Shown: in pieces, positions 1-5,477 of the stretch
Numbering within the stretch: position 1 is the stretch's first letter
Layout of the letters: every line of letters starts with the position of its first letter
From: Octopus sinensis
Lineage: Eukaryota
DNA: 5,642 nucleotides
Direction of reading: 5' to 3'
Assembly: GCF_006345805.1 (NCBI RefSeq)
Contig: NW_021829985.1
Coordinates: 1 to 5,642, forward strand
Program-made: the position numbers and the translations under genes
The notes under the pieces: model-generated
What the model was told of the DNA's origin: nothing
Database searches by the model: none
The model's input: only the letters and a program-made list of their open reading frames with translations

Positions 1-9
1 TATATACAT

Positions 10-43
<34 letters not shown>

Positions 44-46
44 ACA

Positions 47-102
<56 letters not shown>

Positions 103-272
103 TATATACGACAGGGTTCTTTCAGTTTCCGTCTACCAAATCCACTCACAAGGCATTGGTCGGCCCGGGGCTATAGCAGAAGACACTTGCCCAAGATGCC
201 ACGCAGTGGGACTGAACCCGGAACCATTGGTTGGTAAGCAAGCTACTTACCACACAGCCACTCCTGCGCCTA
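1..272 (-). mobile_element. tRNA-derived SINE, family A, copy A1 (5' part; runs off the window inside its internal TA/TACA microsatellite)
   Basis: Reverse complement of 117-272 (TAGGCGCAGGAGTGGCTGTGTGGTAAG...GGAAACTGAAAGAA) aligns to copy A2 (456-612) with 8 differences in ~157 nt. It has Pol III A and B boxes. Bases 1-108 are the microsatellite found at the same position in A2. Confidence 0.93.
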
Positions 273-372
273 TCTCGTCCTATGACCTTACAAACTAGAC
301 TTTCTATACACACATTGATACTTGTGTAAATTTCTATTCTTCCAACATCAATTAATGTCCATTCTACGCCAT

Positions 373-430
373 CCAGTAATTTATATACATACATTCACAC
401 ATATTATATAACAAGTATATATTATATAAC
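373..430 (+). repeat. Left target-site duplication of the SINE A2 unit (expanded by simple repeats); partner at 881-905
   Basis: CCAGTAATTTATATA at 373-387 is identical to 881-895, and both copies end in TATAAC (425-430, 900-905). They bracket 431-880. Confidence 0.7.
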
Positions 431-456
431 CAGGAGTGGCTGTGTGGTAAATAGCT
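431..456 (+). mobile_element. Duplicated 5' head stub of SINE family A directly upstream of copy A2
   Basis: CAGGAGTGGCTGTGTGGTAAATAGCT matches 462-487 (CAGGAGTGGCTGTGTGGTAAGTAGCT) at 25/26 positions. Confidence 0.9.
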
Positions 457-880
457 AGGCGCAGGAGTGGCTGTGTGGTAAGTAGCTTGCTTACCAACCA
501 CATGGTTTCGGGTTCAGTCCCACTGCGTGGCACCTTGGGCAAGTGTCTTCTACTCTAGCCTCGGGCCGACCAAAGCATTGTGAGTGGATTTGGTAGACGG
601 AAACTGAAAGAAGCTCGTTGTATATAAGTATATGTATATATATATACATATATGTGTATGTGTTTGTGTGTCTGTGTTTGTTGTCCCCCCCCACCAACAT
701 CGCTTGACAACCGATGCTGGTGTGTTTACATCCCCGTAACCTAGCGGTTCGGCAAAAGAGACCGATGGAATAAATAAACACTAGGCTCACAAAGAATAAG
801 TCCTGGGGTTGATTTTCTCGACTAAAGGCGGTGCTCCAGCATGACCGCAGTCAAATGACTGAAACACGTAAAAATAGTAA
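456..880 (+). mobile_element. tRNA-derived SINE, family A, full-length copy A2
   Basis: A box TGGCTGTGTGG 468-478; B-box-like GGTTCAGTCCC 511-521; CORE-SINE-like GTGGCACCTTGGGCAAGTGTCTT 527-549; internal TA/TG microsatellite ~621-680; 3' end GTCAAATGACTGAAAC plus A-rich tail. Several homologous copies occur in the window and a TSD flanks this one. Confidence 0.95.
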
Positions 881-1027
881 CCAGTAATTTATATATATAT
901 ATAACTGGTTACCAACTCCCAAAACGCACTCACTACTAAAAAATATACTACTCTGCTTCAGCTGCACTTTCTAGCAATTACTAGAGATTTTCTCCATATT
1001 TCATTGCGATTATTTATGTTCGTATGA

Positions 1028-1117
1028 TGGCAATTTGGCCAAGTGTTTTCTGTCATAGTAGCCCAGGCAGCCCAATGCCTTCTGAGTGAATTTTACAGAT
1101 GCAAACTGTGTGGAAGT
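1028..1117 (+). mobile_element. Old, strongly diverged internal fragment related to SINE family A
   Basis: TGGCAATTTGGCCAAGTGTTTTCTG...CCCAATGCCTTCTGAGTGAATTTTACAGATGCAAACTG...GAAG is collinear with A2 528-613 (TGGCACCTTGGGCAAGTGTCTTCTA...CCAAAGCATTGTGAGTGGATTTGGTAGACGGAAACTGAAAGAAG). Confidence 0.7.
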
Positions 1118-1137
1118 CTTTAGACTGTGTACACGTA

Positions 1138-1430
1138 TATATCCAACCATCTTACTCATGGTCTAGTCCTGGATCTTCTGCCAGTTGTTGTTTCTTTTCC
1201 TCTAAAACCTGTCCAGCGACATTTTTTCCTGAGACATTCTTACCACATGTCCGGATTATCGTGATATCTTAATTCGGAGAAGTAGTGGCCCTATATGGAG
1301 CACCTGTCTGATCTCCAGACTACACATTCTATCCTATCGAGTAACGTTATTCCAAAGACCCTTCTGACAACTCTCGTCTCGACCACTTGTATCCGCAATC
1401 GTATATTTTCGATCATTTATCCATGACCAT
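1138..1430 (-). mobile_element. Decayed RTE-clade LINE, C-terminal part of the ORF (pseudogenised)
   Basis: Manual minus-strand translation with frameshifts and stops: MIENIRLRIQVVETRVVRRVFGITLLDRI..LEIRQVLHIGPLLLRIKISR*SGHVVRMSQEK..TTGRRSRTRP*VRWLD. This matches the RTE C-terminal pattern (RLRIQAAEMxFLRR..RWFGHVxRM..GRRPRGRPRxRWxD). Confidence 0.88.
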
Positions 1431-1442
1431 AGTTAAGGTGGA

Positions 1443-1741
1443 GGCACATGGCCTAGTGGTTAGAGCAGCGGACTCGCGATCTAGGAATTGCAGGTTCGAA
1501 TCTTAAACCGGGCGATGTGTATGATTATGCGAAACACCCAAGCTCCACGCGGCTCCGGCAGAAGGTAATGGCTAACTTCTGCTGACTCTTTCGCCACAAC
1601 TTTCTCTCACTCTTTCCTCCTGCATCCTGCAGCTCACCTGCGACGGACCGGCATCCGGTCCAGGTGGGGAACCTATACGCCAATGAAACCGGGAAACCGG
1701 CCCTAATGAGCCTGGTGTGGCTTGAGAAGGAAGAAACAACA
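1443..1741 (+). mobile_element. tRNA-derived SINE, family B, full length, inserted into the RTE LINE
   Basis: A box TGGCCTAGTGG 1449-1459; B box GGTTCGAATCT 1493-1503; V-SINE-domain-like CCTGCGACGGACCGGCATCCGGTCCAGG from ~1637; (AAC)-type tail 1731-1741. TSD: ACCATAGTTAAGGTGGA 1426-1442 and ACCATAGGTAATGGTGGA 1742-1759. Confidence 0.92.
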
Positions 1742-2255
1742 ACCATAGGTAATGGTGGACACGAACACTGAATTGAAGATAGTTAAGTTGGCTTTTACTC
1801 CTACCTCCTTTCCTCTGGTAACCGAATACCGAAACTGGCGCATTACTGTACCAGCTCCTACAATTCTTACACTTTATTTAGCCTTTAGTTTTCCATCACT
1901 CGTGGAAGCGACCCCGCGATACTTGAATTTCTGTACCTGTTTAAGTGGAAATCCACTCACGTGCGAAAGATATTGCGCAAGTTTCCTTGAGAGGACGAGT
2001 GTCTCAGTCTTCGCAACACTGATTTTCATTCATGCTGAGTTGCACACAGCAACAAAACATCAAGCGTAGGGCGGGGATCATCTTCCGATGAGTTGAGTAG
2101 TACCATGTCATCTGGAAATTCCTCTATAATTCCTCTATAATTAGAGCAAAATCTCTCTTGTCTTCCTTTTTGAAAATTGAAATTATTGTTTCCTATTGCC
2201 TCTGCTTAGGTACCTTTTCAGAGATCCTGGCTGGAGTCAAACAGAGAATACTTTA
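1742..2255 (-). mobile_element. Decayed RTE-clade LINE reverse transcriptase region with a large internal deletion
   Basis: Minus-strand translation: ..ISEKVPKQRQ*ETIISIFKKEDKR/CSNYRGI|IEEFPDDMVLLNSSEDD../MKISVAKTETLVLSRK..LKQVQKFKYRGVASTSDGKL..LTIFNSVFVSTITYG. FPDD (2118-2107) is the F/YADD-equivalent; KFKYRG (1930-1913) corresponds to FxYLG. Confidence 0.92.
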
Positions 2256-2276
2256 GATGTAGTTAAATGTAGTTAA

Positions 2277-2940
2277 GAGTCATATATCCAAATAAGAGAC
2301 TTCAATGCACATGTTGGCATTAGAAGTGGGTGACTGGAAAGAAAGGAGTGATTGGTGATTTCGATCTAAATGTAAACAGGTTGGCATTGTTAGATTTTTG
2401 CTCTAGTTACGGGCTCCCTATTATAAACACTTTCTTCCAGCAAAGAGCCATCCAGGAATATGCATAGTATAGAGTCGATCAGAGACAGAGATCAATTACT
2501 GATTTTGTTATTGTCTCTGATCTCTGATTCTGTGTTGGATCTGCGTGTTAAAAGAGGAGCTGAGCTGTCAACTGATTACCATCCAGGTCTGAAGGGTGAG
2601 AATACCTAAAGCCAAGAACTGGCAGATCCAGCTCGACCTAAAGGACAAAGAGGAAAGCACTGGCTGATAAGCAGGTCGGGACCAGGTATGCAGATACTAT
2701 TGCATCCAAATTCAGAGAACATCCTGAACCAACTAAGGACGTTGAAACGGGATAGAGTTTCTTCAACTCGGTAGCTATTGCTTCAGTTGTTAAGTACAGC
2801 GAGCGAAAGAGGCTCGGTGTGGCACTGGGTGGCATGAGGACCCTTTGGTTCAATCAAGAGGTTAAAGGCGTCAACTCAGCAAAAGATGCATACAAAGTTT
2901 GGCATAAAATAAGACCTTCTTCTTACACTTGCCGTACAAG
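2277..2940 (+). mobile_element. Decayed RTE-clade LINE APE endonuclease C-terminal half plus linker, opposite in orientation to the RT part
   Basis: Plus-strand translation: DFNAHVG 2298-2318, LLDFCSSYGLPIINTFF (NTFF 2426-2437), RSITDFVIVS 2489-2518, VKRGAELSTDYH 2547-2582, and linker ALADKQV..RKRLGVALGG..WFNQEVK (WFNQEVK 2846-2866)..AYKVW. These correspond to APE motifs GDFNAHVG, SxIDF and SDH. Confidence 0.92.
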
Positions 2941-3036
2941 CAATATTAATGTATAAAAATGGTCCAGCGTATGAATATGTGTGTATTAGTGTGTAGGTAT
3001 GAGGGTGGAGAGCTTCTAAAATCGCCAGTATGTTAA

Positions 3037-3365
3037 TTGTATGCCTAATACTTATTCTATCGGTCTCTTATGCCGAACCTCTGATGTTACGGGGACGTAA
3101 ACACACCAGCATCAGTTGACAAGCGATGTTGGGAGAGGGGACAAACACAGACACACAAACATATACACACACACATACATCTACACATATATACATATAT
3201 ACGACGGGCTTCTTATAGTTTCCGTCTACTAAACCCACTCACAAGGCTTCGGTCGGCCCGAGGCTATAGTAGAAGACACTTGCCCAAGGTGCCACGCAGT
3301 GGGACTGAACCCGGAACCATGTGGCTGGTGAGCAAGGTAGTTACCACACACCACTCCTACGCCTA
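3037..3365 (-). mobile_element. SINE family A, copy A3 (5' head intact, last ~90 nt missing)
   Basis: Reverse complement starts TAGGCGTAGGAGTGG at 3365 and is collinear with A2 through the internal microsatellite to ..GATAGAATAAGTATTAGGCATACAA at 3037. Confidence 0.93.
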
Positions 3366-3442
3366 TACGCATATATATGTATGCATAAATACATACACAC
3401 ACACATATATATGTATATGTATATATATATGTATGTATATAT
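3366..3442. repeat. Compound TA/TG/CA microsatellite
   Basis: Direct reading (ATATATATGTATGCATAAATACATACACACACACATATATATGTATATG...). Confidence 0.9.
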
Positions 3443-3617
3443 ATCGCTTGACAGCCGATGCTGGTGTGTTTACGTCGCCGTAACCTTGGCGGTTCGGCAA
3501 AAGAGACCGATAGAATAAGTACTAGGTTTCCAAAGAATAAGTCCTGGGGTCGATTTGCTCGACTAAAGGCGGTGCTCCAGCATGGTCACAGTCAAATGAC
3601 TGAAACAAGTAATAGAG

Positions 3618-3618
<1 letters not shown>
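3443..3618 (+). mobile_element. SINE family A, copy A4 (3' half only)
   Basis: ATCGCTTGACAGCCGATGCTGG...GTCAAATGACTGAAACAAGTAATAGAG is collinear with A2 699-880. Confidence 0.93.
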
Positions 3619-3650
<32 letters not shown>

Positions 3651-3656
3651 TTATAT
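3618..3656. repeat. (TA)n microsatellite
   Basis: Direct reading. Confidence 0.95.
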
Positions 3657-4047
3657 ACGAGAAAGAAGCAACAAGAATGGATTAGTTTTTAGTACAATTG
3701 TTTCATACAAAGACAGGCTTTATTAAAAGTTGCCAAATATTGCAGCAGATAAAAGTGTCACCTTCTCTGTGAAGCTAATAAGCTTTTTTAAAACCTGTGA
3801 TAAGACTGTGCATCATCATTAAAGAACTTTGGAAGTCTGTTTACAACCTGAATCTGCTTTTATGATTATCTCTCGATATTCATGAGTGTAACCTCACCCA
3901 CTAAGATGTTTGGAGAACTCTATGTGTTTTAGCTGATGAGTACGGGACACTTTTATCTGCTGCAATATTTGCAACTTTTAATAAAGCCTGTCTTTGTACG
4001 AAACAATTGTACTAAAAACTAATCCATTCTTGTTGCTTCTTTCTCGT
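3657..4047. mobile_element. 391-bp head-to-head inverted-repeat unit, probably a truncated Penelope-like element / retrozyme pseudo-LTR insertion
   Basis: Arms 3657-3759 (103 bp) and 3946-4047 (102 bp) are reverse complements with one substitution (3705/3999) and one 1-bp indel; spacer is 186 bp. A complete hammerhead motif straddles the inner boundary of the right arm. The inverted repeat is certain; the PLE assignment is inferred. Confidence 0.7.
3926..4019 (+). ncRNA. Type I hammerhead ribozyme motif (HHR1), predicted cleavage GUA^ after 4011
   Basis: Stem I GTTTTAG 3926-3932 / CTAAAAAC 4012-4019 (6 contiguous bp plus one after a bulge); CTGATGA 3933-3939; stem II GTAC 3940-3943 / GTAC 3996-3999, extended; GAAA 4000-4003; palindromic stem III ACAATTGT 4003-4010; H17 = A4011. 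All core positions match the consensus. Confidence 0.85.
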
Positions 4048-4165
4048 TATAATCACCCCACATTACTGTATGGTTAACACCATATAGTTTTCTGGTGCAT
4101 CTAAGTTAAGTACCGCATTCAAGTGAATTCTTTAGAACTGACTTGAATCTTAATTGCTTTTATTG

Positions 4166-4193
4166 TATATATTTTATATATATATATATATAT

Positions 4194-4245
<52 letters not shown>
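4166..4245. repeat. (TA)n microsatellite
   Basis: Direct reading. Confidence 0.95.
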
Positions 4246-4247
<2 letters not shown>

Positions 4248-4286
4248 TCTTTTATTCTTTTATTCTTTCATGTTTCAGCCCTGACT
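4245..4286 (-). mobile_element. Extreme 3' tail remnant of SINE family A
   Basis: Reverse complement AGTCAGGGCTGAAACATGAAAGAATAAAAGAATAAAAGAAGA resembles the A2/A4 end AGTCAAATGACTGAAACAAGTAA plus A-rich tail. Confidence 0.6.
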
Positions 4287-4423
4287 GATTTATATACCTC
4301 ACCAAGGTGACAGACGCCACTAACCAGCACCAATAGTGCTACAAATAAGAATAAAAACAATAGCCACGGAAAGCACTATCTAATGACTGACAAGGGAGGC
4401 AAGCTCACTACAACAGCTGGTAT

Positions 4424-4484
4424 AGCCAGATTATCGATGATTTCACATTTTGATGTTCACGTATCTTAATGCTCATCAGTGGCT
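4424..4484 (-). ncRNA. Type I hammerhead ribozyme motif (HHR2), slightly decayed, predicted cleavage AUC^ between 4429 and 4428
   Basis: Minus strand reads AGCCA CTGATGA GCATT-AA-GAT-ACGTGAAC-ATC-AA-AATGT GAA ATCATCGATAAT C TGGCT. Stem I is 5 bp, the core is intact, stem II closes with G.U instead of G-C, and stem III is one change away from the perfect palindrome ATTATCGATAAT. Confidence 0.75.
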
Positions 4485-4596
4485 CTCACCCCGCCTAGGG
4501 TTAAAATCAGCTCGCCTTGTGAGTTTATAAGATTTCCGTTGAAATCATACGCAGATTTCATAAGCGGTGAAAGGGAAAATTATAAATAATATAGGT

Positions 4597-4753
4597 GGCT
4601 AATTCGTAAATTTTACAACCCAAAGGCAGAAATATATACGTCACTAGTTGTTTTGACTCTTAATTCTAGCCATACTGGAGCAGATTACCTCCCTTTGTCA
4701 CTTTAGTGACGTATATATATTCTCCCTTTAGGTTGTAAAATTGAGAATTAGCC
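4597..4753. mobile_element. Small MITE-like element (157 bp) with ~50-bp imperfect terminal inverted repeats
   Basis: 4597-4646 versus reverse complement of 4704-4753: 45 matching positions (GGCTAATTC..AATTTTACAACC.AAAGG.AGAA.ATATATACGTCACTA). No clear TSD; superfamily not assigned. Confidence 0.7.
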
Positions 4754-4868
4754 TCCCCCCCATTTTATATATTCCGTCCTGGTTTTACTTTTCTGTTTTT
4801 ATATCGATTATCTGTCCTTATGTATTTATTGTCGTTCGTTACGTTCTTATTGCGTCTTTTCTCTTTGA

Positions 4869-4871
<3 letters not shown>

Positions 4872-4902
<31 letters not shown>

Positions 4903-4913
4903 GGGGGGGGGGG
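4872..4913. repeat. (TA)n microsatellite followed by a G12 run
   Basis: Direct reading. Confidence 0.95.
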
Positions 4914-5043
4914 CGTGCGTGCTTGTATGAATATATGTAAGTATTGATATTTTGTGAGTGTATTTGTGTGTGTGTTTATTAATGTATTATTGTATATATA
5001 TTCCTAAGTATAAATATATATGTGCGTGTTTGAGTGGGGGTTT

Positions 5044-5153
5044 GGAGGCTGTGAGCTGGAAGAATCGTTAGCATGCTGGACAAATTGTTTAGCGGCATTT
5101 CGTCCACCTGTATATTCTGTATGTTCATATTCCGCCGAGGCCGACTTTTCCTC
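5044..5153 (+). mobile_element. Diverged 5' head of a third tRNA-derived SINE family (C)
   Basis: A-box-like GAGCTGGAAGAATCGTTAGCA, B-box-like GTTCATATTCC 5123-5133, then CCGAGGCCGACTTTTCCT, resembling the start of a Nin/Deu-type SINE central domain (CCGAGGTCGACT..GCCTTTCATCC). Recognised from memory; single copy in the window. Confidence 0.65.
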
Positions 5154-5438
5154 TTTTTTAAGGTTATTTCCACAGATATTTCATAGAAATTATAGTCAGC
5201 ACTGATTTTTACGAACGTCAGATGAAAGTAAATAATGCGATCGAAGACAAAAATGGGTAATGAGTGAATATGCCATATTTCACGATTGAATGTTGAGATT
5301 GTTGAATAACTGTAAACCTACTTTTGGGCCACTCTGCACATGAGGAAGACAGAAAATGGAGAAATATCGATACCGGTAGTGTAATGGACACTTCTATCCA
5401 TTAGGCGGTTATTTTAACTTCTAACTCAGCTAACCTTG

Positions 5439-5454
5439 TATATATATATATATA
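5439..5454. repeat. Short (TA)n microsatellite
   Basis: Direct reading. Confidence 0.9.
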
Positions 5455-5477
5455 ATAGAAATATTAAAATGACTAAG

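Noticed and set aside
877-912. GTAACCAGT-(AT-rich)-ACTGGTTAC palindrome as a regulatory site or cruciform
   Set aside because: It spans the SINE tail/TSD junction, so part is a by-product of the insertion; 9 bp is weak evidence for function.
1443-1515. Functional tRNA gene (also the heads at 456-525, 3295-3365 and 5044-5135)
   Set aside because: A and B boxes are present but acceptor and T stems do not close into a cloverleaf, and each continues into SINE body sequence.
1138-2940. Active or domesticated reverse transcriptase/endonuclease gene
   Set aside because: Multiple stops and frameshifts, a missing RT core, a SINE insertion and an inversion.
3773-3783. 11-bp match AGCTAATAAGC to the reverse complement of 5572-5582
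   Set aside because: Homology does not extend convincingly on either side; plausible by chance.
3760-3925. Penelope GIY-YIG/RT coding remnant upstream of HHR1 (and 4485-4596 upstream of HHR2)
   Set aside because: Manual translation gave only short frames with no recognisable motif; needs tBLASTx/HMM against PLE proteins.
3657-4047. Tc1/mariner-type MITE with TA target duplication
   Set aside because: Not excluded: the ends TACGAG../..CTCGTTA resemble mariner termini. Disfavoured because a complete hammerhead crosses the inner boundary of one arm, which a TIR model does not explain, and the right end is not a clean TA match.
4117-4148. ATTCAAGT..ACTTGAAT hairpin
   Set aside because: Isolated 8-bp AT-rich inverted repeat with no supporting context.
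146-5205. All ORFs in the supplied six-frame track as protein-coding genes
   Set aside because: They are short, overlap SINEs or microsatellites (YI/IY runs), or are antisense to decayed LINE frames (1752-2069 opposite the RT; 2638-2853 opposite the linker). None resembles a known protein.
5219-5248. Possible third hammerhead (CAGATGA...CGAAGAC)
   Set aside because: Core is wrong at U4 and in GAAA, and no convincing stems I-III form.
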